Assembly (NCBI GenBank): GCA_947305735.1
Contig: CAMZEO010000001.1
Location: 6,193-70,192 of the forward strand
DNA: 64,000 nt
Source of the DNA: an uncultured Planctomycetales bacterium
GTDB taxonomy: Bacteria; Planctomycetota; Planctomycetia; Pirellulales; Thermoguttaceae
Direction of reading: 5' to 3'
In this document: one piece after another, positions 9,731 to 18,178 of the stretch
Position numbering within the stretch: position 1 is the stretch's first letter
Layout: each line of letters begins with the position of its first letter
Notes under the pieces: model-generated
The model's database searches: none
Told to the model about the DNA's origin: nothing
Seen by the model: only the letters and a program-made list of their open reading frames with translations
Translations under genes and position numbers: made by a program

Positions 9731-10599
9731 ATCGCCTCAAAATCGCAAAGTTCATACGCGAGCGTCACAAGACGTTCGCCGTCGATCTCGGCTTTGCCGA
9801 AAAAGTCGTCGACGTTTCTATACCATTTGCCGTCAAAATTGATCGCGACTTCCCCGCCCTCGTCGACGGCTTCGACGGTATGCTCGCGTCCGTCGACGTC
9901 GCTTCGAAATCTTATTTTAACCGGCTTTTTCAACAATTCAAACAGATCGTACAGATCGAGATTGTTCGCGTCGACGTCGGTCAACTTGTATAAGTCGTTG
10001 ATCAGCCATTTCATGATCGTAATATTCCCGAAGAACGCGTTGCGACAGATTCGGGCGGTCAGTTCTTCTCTCGCCTCGCGGTAAAGTCGCGTCGCCTCGT
10101 CGGTCTTGCCTTCCAGCGCGCGTATTTTTGCGAGCCGAACGTAGATTTCAGGAATATAATGGGGAGCGAATTTAAGATGGTTCGCGTAAATATCCTCGAT
10201 GATTTCCTTGTACTTTTCGTAATTCTTCTCGACGTAGTAGCCGTTTCTGTACATATCCGCGACTTTATAAAGAGCGTTGATATGACCGGGAGCGGCGGAA
10301 TAATACTCGAACGCCTTCTTATAATCGACGGTTCCCGTCCTGCCGTAATACCATATATAACCAAGACATACGTTTGCGTCCTCGTTGCCGAAAGACGACG
10401 CCTTTTCATAGTATTTCAGCGCGAGATCAAAGTCTTTGCGCTCGTAATACCAGCCTCCGAGTTCGAGCATATAGTCGGAATCTTTTGTTTCCTCGATGAG
10501 AAACGCCATCGCTTCGGAATAGAGAAAGAAATCCTCTTCGGAGGGATTGTCTTCATCGGCGAATCGTTCGCGAATCATCAGCGCGTCGTTTATCGTCAT
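9727..10599 (-). CDS. Sel1-like repeat protein with an unassigned C-terminal domain
   Basis: 290-aa ORF with Sel1/TPR-like repeats (ALKYYEKASSFGNEDANVCLGYIWYYGRTGTVDYKKAFEYYSAAPGHINALYKVADMYRNGYYVEKNYEKY). About 100 C-terminal residues match no motif I recognise. A GAGGA Shine-Dalgarno lies upstream of the ATG at 10599. Confidence 0.75.
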   Translation of the reverse strand: MTINDALMIRERFADEDNPSEEDFFLYSEAMAFLIEETKDSDYMLELGGWYYERKDFDLALKYYEKASSFGNEDANVCLGYIWYYGRTGTVDYKKAFEYYSAAPGHINALYKVADMYRNGYYVEKNYEKYKEIIEDIYANHLKFAPHYIPEIYVRLAKIRALEGKTDEATRLYREAREELTARICRNAFFGNITIMKWLINDLYKLTDVDANNLDLYDLFELLKKPVKIRFRSDVDGREHTVEAVDEGGEVAINFDGKWYRNVDDFFGKAEIDGERLVTLAYELCDFEAI

Positions 10600-11014
10600 T
10601 TCTCGTCCTCAAACGCAAATTTTCACTTCTTAAATCTATAATTAGCTTGACTTATTCAAATCGCCGTCGCTCGAAGGCGAAGTCGGACGCCGACGGTTTG
10701 TCGCGCGAGACGGTCGACTTTACCCGCGCGCCTTCGGGCAAATATAAAACGCGTCAAATAACTTAATATTTCTTGTTATTATAGCGCTAATAGCACGTTC
10801 TACAAGATATAAAGTTCTTCTTAACATAAAAAAACCGTTTCAATTTAAATTATTAGATTCAGATCGCGCCATTCGATAAGTCGAAAACGCGCCGCTTCGT
10901 CTAGTCCGGACTTTAAGCGCCCTTTCGCAAGTCGGGTCGTCGCTCGTCGACGGTCCGCGTCGGGAAACGTTCCCCGAGGAACGACGACGTTAAGAGTCGC
11001 CGACGCGCGCCGAT
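10600..11014. promoter_or_regulatory. AT-rich non-coding region upstream of the Sel1/J/HIRAN operon (probable promoter region)
   Basis: This is 415 nt without a credible ORF. The core at about 10740..10860 is strikingly AT-rich (e.g. aaataacttaatatttcttgttattatagcgctaatagc, cataaaaaaaccgtttcaatttaaattattagattc) in an otherwise GC/CpG-rich window. Confidence 0.35.
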
Positions 11015-11563
11015 TTACCAGAATTTATAGATTTCTTCCCGAAGGAGAGCGGGCTCGTTTCCTGCGATCTCTTCAAAGACGGTCTTGATAACGTCGAGCT
11101 TGACGAAGGGATCGCGCGGATCATAGAAAAGTCCAAGTTCGTTCGCGACGTCCGAGAGAGAATAACCGCGAAGATCGAAACGCCGCAAGGCGGCGGGCAA
11201 AAGATCGACGCGCCGCCAAATCGGTTGAACGATCCCGTAAGCGGCGAGCGTTTTTTCGAGAACCTTCAAATCAAAATCGACGTTGTACCCGACGATCGTT
11301 CTGTTTTCCAATTTGGCGGCAAGCTCGTTCGTCCAAAGGAACTGAAAATTCGGCTCCGAAAAAACGGAGTCGGAAGTGACGCCATGAATTTTGGAATTAA
11401 TCGGATGAAAATCCGTTTCCGGATCGACAAGTCTCGCAAGCGATTCCCCGTTCTCAAAAAGCGCGGCGAACAAACAAACGCGATCGTATCGACCGTTGGG
11501 ACTCTCGACGTCAATAAAGACCAGACGCCTGTCGAACCAGGACGAAGAGTCGACCGAGTCCAT
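11015..11563 (-). CDS. DEDD-family 3'-5' exonuclease (DnaQ-like fold)
   Basis: The track ORF is 11015..11677, but its first 38 codons overlap the upstream gene, so I prefer the ATG at 11563 (MDSVDSSSWF). The ExoI motif (VFIDVES) and ExoII motif (VGYNVDFDLKVL) are clear. The ExoIII His/Tyr motif is ambiguous (FYDPRDPFVKLDVIKTVF). Confidence 0.65.
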   Translation of the reverse strand: MDSVDSSSWFDRRLVFIDVESPNGRYDRVCLFAALFENGESLARLVDPETDFHPINSKIHGVTSDSVFSEPNFQFLWTNELAAKLENRTIVGYNVDFDLKVLEKTLAAYGIVQPIWRRVDLLPAALRRFDLRGYSLSDVANELGLFYDPRDPFVKLDVIKTVFEEIAGNEPALLREEIYKFW

Positions 11564-11586
11564 CGCCGCGTTCCATTCAAACAAAC

Positions 11587-12210
11587 TCAATGAAAATCGA
11601 CTTTTTCCCGTATGTACGATCGACGATACGGCGCGATCTTTTTCGGCGGCAACTCTCCGCCGTATTTCAACAACCACCGGCGCCGCTCGCAGTCGGTCGC
11701 GTAATAGGAAAGCCAGTTTTGTTCTCGCGCGCAGTCGAGAACGTCGTAGTACGATTCGTCGTCTTCGTCGCCGTCGTAGTCGGACTCCTCCGTGTAAGAA
11801 CAGAAATTCCAGTAAACGGGTCCTCTCCGAACGGTGAGTTTCTTTAATTCGGACGAAAGAACTTCATGAACGATCAGTTGATAGAGGCGACGATCCGAAA
11901 GATGTTCGGTGTAGAGAAACGCGTGCCCAAGGCGGTGAAGCTCGTCGACGAGCGCTACCAGCGCGCGACTGACTTCCGAGTCCGACGACGTTCGCGAATC
12001 CAGAATCGAGACGCGCGGACGAAGCCACGTCGCGACGTAACTCATCGGGGAGCGATCCCAGTCGATCAATTCGCGGAGATATTCGTTTTCGCGCTCGCAC
12101 GACCACCTCTTCTCCAAAAAGAGAGTAAATTCGTCGCCGCAGTAATCTTCAAGACAATGCAATAAATACGCGTTCTCGAAGTATCCGTCGACTTTGTCCT
12201 GAAGCGTCAC
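11587..12210 (-). CDS. Hypothetical acidic protein, no recognised domain
   Basis: 207-aa ORF with a GTG start preceded by a GAGGAG Shine-Dalgarno. The composition is protein-like, with an acidic tract (EESDYDGDEDDESYYD). It ends 23 nt before the exonuclease ATG. Confidence 0.5.
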   Translation of the reverse strand: MTLQDKVDGYFENAYLLHCLEDYCGDEFTLFLEKRWSCERENEYLRELIDWDRSPMSYVATWLRPRVSILDSRTSSDSEVSRALVALVDELHRLGHAFLYTEHLSDRRLYQLIVHEVLSSELKKLTVRRGPVYWNFCSYTEESDYDGDEDDESYYDVLDCAREQNWLSYYATDCERRRWLLKYGGELPPKKIAPYRRSYIREKVDFH

Positions 12211-12751
12211 TTTCTACTCCTCGCGTCGAGATTGCTCGTCCGATCTCAATCGGGCTTTCCGGTCAATACGACGGTTCGTCTTGAGGCGACAAGACGAACC
12301 GCGCGAAAGGACGACAAACGACGACAAGAAGACGAGCGACGCAAAACGCGAACCATCGACGACGCTCGCGCGAAACGTAAGCGACGTAAAAAACGGATCG
12401 CGTTTAACGCTTGGGGGATCGCCTGATCGACGTTGCAAAGACTTCCCAGGGGGGGCGCAAGGAAAGGAACTCCAAACGGGAGAACTCTTTCGCCGAGCGC
12501 CTGAAACTGACGGAAGGGGGGAGGTTTCCGTCAAGCCGACGTCTCTGCTTATGGCGTTTCCTTCTGCTTAAGAGTGTACAGAGATTCGATAGAAATACAA
12601 GAAAAGAAATACGGAAAACAGGGCGTTATCAAAAATTTCAACGCGCTCTATTCTGCACATGCCAAAAAACCGCGCAAATTAAAACGACCGCAAATTTTGA
12701 ACCTAGTTAGAACGTCCCGTTATTCGTCAAATCGTTTGAATCGTTCAAAAC

Positions 12752-14983
12752 TCATTTTACCGTCGAGTTCGCGTCGACGCGAACGATTGCAAGTCCCTGA
12801 ATCTTACAAAACGCGGATAATTCGTCAAATCGTTCTTCGCCGCCCTCGGCAACTTCCGCTTTTACATACGGAGCCCAATATGCGTTACGACCCGCAAGCC
12901 CCCACGATTTCACGCAAAAAGTAAAAGCGTCGAGAAGCTCTTGTTCGCGTTCGGACGCGCTCAAGGAAGAGTTGAGAGCTATAGAAATCGATTTTTTCAT
13001 GCCGGGTTGCTTCGGAAAGACGATGGCGTCGGACTCGCAACGCGCGAAAACGGCGCGTTCGATACCCGACGCAACGGGGGTCTCTTGCGACAACCGTATG
13101 GCGCGAGGCTCCGTCGACGTCGACGCGACGCGATTCTCGTCCGAGTCGCGCGACCGATTCTTCGCAAGTTCCCCAACGCCGGACTCGCCGTCGGCGTCGC
13201 GCGCGTAGGCCGTGTTGCCAAGAGTTTTGCGAGCGTCGATGTTCGGCGCTTTTTCCGAGGGCTCTCCAGCCGCGATCATATTCGCCAAAAAGCCGGGCGC
13301 GCTTCCTTCGACTTCCGTCGCCGCCGCGTTTGACGCGCATCGAGTTTGAGACCCGTTTTGCGCGGCGCCGCGACCGGACTCCTCGCCGCGCCCCATTCCG
13401 AGCGTTTCGCTCGACGCGTCGGAACTTTCGTCGTAAGTTCCAACCGCTCCGGACGCGTTTTCGGAGCGCGTCGAAAGAGCGACTTTTTGAGCGTCGATTA
13501 CGGCGTCCGAATAATTCCGCGAAGCGAGCGCGCGGTCAAACGCGGCGCCAAAATCGGCCCCCGTTTCACGCCGTCCGTCGGGCGCGGCGACGTTGCGAAA
13601 TTGGGAATCGCGTCCGCTCGATTGCGCGACGTTCCCGACGGAACTCGTTCCCTGGGAGCTTGCTCGGGGTTGGGACGTCGCGGCGGACGTTTCCTTGTCC
13701 GAAACGCGAACCCGCGCCGCGGCGGGATTGGCCGCTCCGATCCTCGCGTTCGATCCCAACCGCGCCTGAAGATCGGAAGTTCCGGAACCTCCTCCCCCGA
13801 TGAAATTCCGTTCGCTTCCCGCGCCGCGACCTTCGCTTGATCCAAAACCTTGTTCCCGAAGCACCGCGCGACGCGCCGCGACCGCTTGACTCAATTGAAG
13901 CGAAAGACGGTTGCGCGAGAGATTCGCCTGTTCGACGACGAGACGTTTAAGGGTCGGATCGGACTCGGGATATTCGAGTTTCTGATCTTCGGCGACAAAT
14001 TCGTATCCGTACAAATCGCCCCAGGACGCGAGCGCAGCGACTGCGGCGTAGAAATACTTCGACCCGCCGGGGCGGACGATCAGCAAAGGATACGCTTCGA
14101 TTTTTTCTCCCGAAGCCGTCTTGCCGCCGGTCGTTTCGAGATAATGTCTTGAAGCGGCGCGCAACGCGGAATCAAACGGATTGCCGGGATAATCCGCGAT
14201 GAGAAAGTCGGAATCGTCGAAACGAATCCCCTCGGGTTGCAAATAGACGCCCGACGCCGCGCATTCAATATAAATCGGTCGGCGATACGTCCCTTTTTTG
14301 CCCTGATAAGGAACGATCGCGTAGGAACGCCTGGCGTCTTTACTGTTCTCGCGCAATTTTTCGATCTCTTGTTCGAGCGACGTTATTTCGCCGTCAAGCG
14401 CGTTAATATGGTCTTGAAGATCGACGGCGGTCTCGTCTTTTTTCGCGACGCTCTCGCCTTGAAGCGTTTCCAATTTCCTCTTCGACGTTTCCAGATCGGA
14501 TCGAAGCCGGGCCAACGCCGCCTCCGCCGTCGCGAGTCGAGAACGTTGCTCGCTGAAAGAACTTTCGATTCGAGCGCGCGTTGTCATAAGTTCGTCGATA
14601 AACCAATCGACCGATTCTTTTTCGTTGATCAGCTCTTCAAACGAAGCGGCGTTGGCGACGACGAGCGCGCGCTCGTAGGAGTCGTCTCGACTCTCTTCGG
14701 CTCCCGAGCGGTCGAGTTCGTTTCGATCGACCGCCGCGGCGAGCGTTCTGGCGTCGAGCAGCGCGCCGCGAAGGGCGTCGTCGCCGAGCGCGGTTTCTCG
14801 ATCGAACTCGACTTCGTTTTCCGCGACGGATTCCGTCGGTTCTTTTCGGTCGTCCGAGCCCTTCTTGGCGACCGCCACGAAAATCATCGCGAGCATTCCC
14901 ATGGCGCATAGAAGAACGGCTAAAAAGGGAAAGAGCGAAAACGTCTCTTCCGAAGATTGGGAACGACGCGGCATTTCTTTCAC
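12752..14983 (-). CDS. Membrane-anchored coiled-coil protein with a long disordered linker; possible TolA/TonB/ExbD-like partner of the upstream MotA/ExbB-like protein
   Basis: 743-aa ORF with a GTG start at 14983; an ATG lies 3 codons in. It has a single N-terminal TM segment (FSLFPFLAVLLCAMGMLAMIFVAVA), a coiled-coil segment (ARLRSDLETSKRKLETLQ...ITSLEQEIEKLRE), and a globular segment (RPIYIECAASGVYLQPEGIRF...PLLIVRPGGSKYFYAAVAALASWG). A low-complexity S/G/A-rich stretch of about 300 aa follows, then a second small globular C-terminal segment. Confidence 0.65.
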   Translation of the reverse strand: MKEMPRRSQSSEETFSLFPFLAVLLCAMGMLAMIFVAVAKKGSDDRKEPTESVAENEVEFDRETALGDDALRGALLDARTLAAAVDRNELDRSGAEESRDDSYERALVVANAASFEELINEKESVDWFIDELMTTRARIESSFSEQRSRLATAEAALARLRSDLETSKRKLETLQGESVAKKDETAVDLQDHINALDGEITSLEQEIEKLRENSKDARRSYAIVPYQGKKGTYRRPIYIECAASGVYLQPEGIRFDDSDFLIADYPGNPFDSALRAASRHYLETTGGKTASGEKIEAYPLLIVRPGGSKYFYAAVAALASWGDLYGYEFVAEDQKLEYPESDPTLKRLVVEQANLSRNRLSLQLSQAVAARRAVLREQGFGSSEGRGAGSERNFIGGGGSGTSDLQARLGSNARIGAANPAAARVRVSDKETSAATSQPRASSQGTSSVGNVAQSSGRDSQFRNVAAPDGRRETGADFGAAFDRALASRNYSDAVIDAQKVALSTRSENASGAVGTYDESSDASSETLGMGRGEESGRGAAQNGSQTRCASNAAATEVEGSAPGFLANMIAAGEPSEKAPNIDARKTLGNTAYARDADGESGVGELAKNRSRDSDENRVASTSTEPRAIRLSQETPVASGIERAVFARCESDAIVFPKQPGMKKSISIALNSSLSASEREQELLDAFTFCVKSWGLAGRNAYWAPYVKAEVAEGGEERFDELSAFCKIQGLAIVRVDANSTVK

Positions 14984-15033
14984 GAAGGGAACAAGACGAC
15001 GGAAAAACTACATAAACGACTATAAATAAAAAG

Positions 15034-16497
15034 TTACGCGGAACGTTTCTTACTTGAAGCGGCGCGCGTTCTCTTCGCGGGCGCGACGGGAACGGATTCC
15101 TCGGCGGCTTGCGGCTCCGCGACGACCGAATCCGCGTCAAATTTCGTCATCACAAGCGTCTCCGGTTCCGGAGCCGACTTCAATTCAAGCGAATTCTCAA
15201 GGGAATCGAGCGCCGCGAGCGCGTCGTCGCGTTTAGAAACGCGGCGCGAAACGTCGGCGTCGAAACGAATCGAAGGCGAATAAGACGTCGGAACGGACGT
15301 CGACGCCAATTTGGAATTGAGCAGGCAGACGGTCGCGGAAAGATTGTTGAGCGTCTTTTCAAACTCGCCGACTTCCGCTATTTTTTCAAGTGAACGCGCG
15401 AATCGTTCTTCAAGCGAGGCAAGATCCGCGGACGTTCGCAACGCTTCGTTCAGCGCGGTCGCCTGGGAAGCGATTATTTCTTCAAGCGAATCGAGCCGCG
15501 CGGCGCTTTTAGCGGCTTCTTCGAGCGCGGGTCGCAACGCGTTCTCAATGAAATCGCGTTGCGTTTGCGCGAGCGCTTGCGCCCAGAGCGCGCTTCCTTC
15601 GGTCATGCGTCGATCGATCGAATCGCCAAATTGAGAGGCGGTCAGCGTCATGGTTTGAGCCCAGAGCGTCGTTTGCGCGTTAGTCGCCTCGGTAAAAGAA
15701 CGCGCGACCGATTCCAGAAACCGACGCGTCGTCTCGACGTCCGAGTCGACGTTCGCTTGCGCGAAAAATCGACCTTTCAGCTCGGAATCGACGAGTCGCG
15801 AAACGGACGAAGCGAGCGCGGAGTCCTGCTTGCGCGAAAAAAATTGAGCGAAATAAAGCGCGAAAACAAGCGACAACGCGAGCGCGGTCGTGTCGAACGC
15901 GACTTTCAACCCGGCGGCGAGCGACTCGCCCGTCGCTTCAAGCCGCGTCAAGTCCAAACTGCCAAGCGCGACGGTAATGCCCAAAACGGTGCCGAGAAAC
16001 CCGAGAATAGGAATCGCCCAAATAAAAGCGCGAACCATGCCGTAGTCGGATTCGCGAGCGTCAAGCGCGTCGTCGGCGAGAAAGCGAAGTTCCTGATCGA
16101 GTTCTTCGGGGGATCCTCCGTATTTCAGAAAGTTCAACGCGTCGGCAAGCCTGTTTAAATAAAGGGTGTTCCCGCGCACCTCTCGCGCTTTGGCGATGGA
16201 GTCGAGATACTCGTCGACTCTTTCAACGGGCTCTTTTTCTCGTTTTTTAGGCGGAAAAAGCGCGCCGCGGTTAAGCGCGGTCAGTTCGCGGCGCGTCCGC
16301 GACAGTTTGAAGCCAAGGTCGCACAGCCCGATCCAGAACATGACGATCGTCGCGTACTCGACGGGGTGTCCGGCGCAGTACCGAACGATCGTCTCGTTGC
16401 GGATCAGACCGGCGTTTATCGCAAAGTAGAAGAGAAACGCGGCGACGAACCCCCATAAAACCGACGAACCGGCTAATTTGACAAACACTTTTTTCAT
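15034..16497 (-). CDS. MotA/TolQ/ExbB-family proton-channel protein with a C-terminal coiled-coil tail of about 250 aa
   Basis: The track ORF starts at TTG 16533. The ATG at 16497 (MKKVFVKLAG) is preceded by GGAG. The family signature is present (IWAIPILGFLGTVLGITVALGSL...GLKVAFDTTALALSLVFALYFAQFF), and there are four predicted TM segments. After the last TM comes a long helical, repeat-like tail (ALWAQALAQTQRDF...LEEIIASQATALNEALRTSADLASLEERF). Confidence 0.75.
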   Translation of the reverse strand: MKKVFVKLAGSSVLWGFVAAFLFYFAINAGLIRNETIVRYCAGHPVEYATIVMFWIGLCDLGFKLSRTRRELTALNRGALFPPKKREKEPVERVDEYLDSIAKAREVRGNTLYLNRLADALNFLKYGGSPEELDQELRFLADDALDARESDYGMVRAFIWAIPILGFLGTVLGITVALGSLDLTRLEATGESLAAGLKVAFDTTALALSLVFALYFAQFFSRKQDSALASSVSRLVDSELKGRFFAQANVDSDVETTRRFLESVARSFTEATNAQTTLWAQTMTLTASQFGDSIDRRMTEGSALWAQALAQTQRDFIENALRPALEEAAKSAARLDSLEEIIASQATALNEALRTSADLASLEERFARSLEKIAEVGEFEKTLNNLSATVCLLNSKLASTSVPTSYSPSIRFDADVSRRVSKRDDALAALDSLENSLELKSAPEPETLVMTKFDADSVVAEPQAAEESVPVAPAKRTRAASSKKRSA

Positions 16498-16571
16498 CGT
16501 CGACGTCAACTCCAAAACGGCGCGCCCTGACAAACCGCGTAAAAAACGCGCCGACGTTCAAAAACATACGG

Positions 16572-17909
16572 TTAGAAATCAAACCAAAAACCAATTCCAT
16601 ACTTGCGTTGGAAATGGTGATGAAACTGGTAGAGATCGTCTCCCCCTTGAAAATACTCCGCGCCCAAACGAATAAGCGAATTCGTCGCGTCGCGCCACTG
16701 AAGTCCCGTCTGCGTCGCCCAATAACCGCCAAAATCAAGTTCCTGGTAAAGGTGCGCGTGCGTCGCGAAGAACGGACGCGCGACCCAATTGGACATATTG
16801 GGATCGAATTGGGGAGAATACTCGAATCCCATTTGCAACTCGCATGGCTCCGTCGTTTTGCCGGTATGGAAAGCGTAGTCGAATTCGGCGTAAAGACGAA
16901 CGTCGTCGGTCGGCTTGACGGCTAGACCGAACATAACCGCGTCCCTCGAGTAGTGAACGCGAGGACGAAATTGATCCATAAGGTAATTGTCGCCAAGGTG
17001 GGAGCTGACGTGGTAGTAGCCCGTCTTAAACTGCCAGCGTCGCGTTCCGTAAACAAGGGGAACGCCGGCGCGGTAGTCGGTCGCGGCAAGATTGCGATTC
17101 TGTTCCCAATCGAGACGGAGAAGCGCCGCGCCCTCGAGTTCCAGTTCCCAACCTTCGGGAGAAACGACGTCGGTCGTTCCATATCGCCAAAGAGACGTCC
17201 GACCGCCAAGAGCAATATCCCATAGCGTTCCGTAACTTTGCGTATGATTAATGATGCTCTGAAGCCGAGAATCCTTGCGACTCGCCAAATAAGACGGATA
17301 CATCGTCCCCTGAGGGAGAATTTGCGACGTCCAGCCCTCTTTGGGAACGTCGGGATCGATCCAGCGCTCTTTAAACGTGTCGCCGTCGCGAGCGTTCGTT
17401 TCAACCGGAAAGCCGAAAAGTCCTCTGATCTTTGCGGACGATCGTTTCGACCCCGAGCCGGACGTCGCGTCTTCCAAACACAACGCGCGACAGTCGGCGG
17501 TCGCCGCGTCGAGATATTCGTCGGATCCGACAAGCAAACCTTCGACGCTCGAATTGGACGAAAAATCGTATTTTTCCTCCAGGCTTTCGTCGTCGGGCGG
17601 CTTGTCTTTGGAACTGTAACGTCGTCGCGCGTATCCGCGCGCGGATTTCGCCGTCGATTCTTCGTCCGAGTCGTCTTTTTCCGACGAAAAAAGGGCGTCT
17701 TGATACGCTCGCGCCTCGTCGTCCGCCTGATACTGCGTTATGCCGTAACCGCTTGATCGCGATTTCTTACTCGAGTACGACGACACGTACTCTTCTTCGC
17801 CGTCCGCCGCGACCGCGAGGTCTAAGGACAAAGAAGCGATCGCCGCCAATAAAAAAGCGATTGCAAGCGTCGGCTTCTTCTTGTCAAACAGGTTCGTCAT
17901 ATAAGTCAT
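16572..17909 (-). CDS. Secreted outer-membrane beta-barrel-like protein (DUF1207-like)
   Basis: 445-aa ORF with a signal peptide (LAIAFLLAAIASLSLDLAVAA) followed by an acidic/Ser-rich linker. The remainder shows an alternating aromatic beta-strand pattern and ends in the OMP-style terminus GIGFWFDF. The segment ILPQGTMYPSYLASRKDSRLQS resembles the DUF1207 signature as I remember it. Confidence 0.6.
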   Translation of the reverse strand: MTYMTNLFDKKKPTLAIAFLLAAIASLSLDLAVAADGEEEYVSSYSSKKSRSSGYGITQYQADDEARAYQDALFSSEKDDSDEESTAKSARGYARRRYSSKDKPPDDESLEEKYDFSSNSSVEGLLVGSDEYLDAATADCRALCLEDATSGSGSKRSSAKIRGLFGFPVETNARDGDTFKERWIDPDVPKEGWTSQILPQGTMYPSYLASRKDSRLQSIINHTQSYGTLWDIALGGRTSLWRYGTTDVVSPEGWELELEGAALLRLDWEQNRNLAATDYRAGVPLVYGTRRWQFKTGYYHVSSHLGDNYLMDQFRPRVHYSRDAVMFGLAVKPTDDVRLYAEFDYAFHTGKTTEPCELQMGFEYSPQFDPNMSNWVARPFFATHAHLYQELDFGGYWATQTGLQWRDATNSLIRLGAEYFQGGDDLYQFHHHFQRKYGIGFWFDF

Positions 17910-18178
17910 TTCGTCGCGTCAATTCGTATTAAACCGCGTCCGGGACTTGGGACGACGTCGCGCCAAGCCTCCATGACAAGCGTAGCGTAACTTTTTCCGC
18001 AGATTCGGGCAAGATCAAAATCCGGACGCGAAGACAAGCCGCCGGTAGAAACGCAAAACCGACGCGCGGAAGAGAAGCGCGGCGGTCGGAATTGAAACGC
18101 CGAAGTATCGGGAAGAAAGATTGCGTTCGACGAGAAACGGAACGTCCGTCCCGTTTCGGGTAGGCGCGGAAACGGTCG

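Noticed and set aside
12273-12300. Perfect 11-bp inverted repeat (ggttcgtcttg aggcga caagacgaacc), considered as a terminator for the operon ending at 12752.
   Set aside because: It lies about 450 nt beyond the stop and is not followed by a T tract on either strand. The structure is real, but I cannot support a function.
12214-12924. Several 80-116-aa ORFs in the 12.2-12.9 kb spacer (e.g. 12214..12534 on the minus strand, 12411..12710 and 12574..12924 on the plus strand).
   Set aside because: Their translations are Ser/Arg/Lys-rich with no motifs, they overlap one another in different frames, and none has a ribosome-binding site. They are most likely non-coding.
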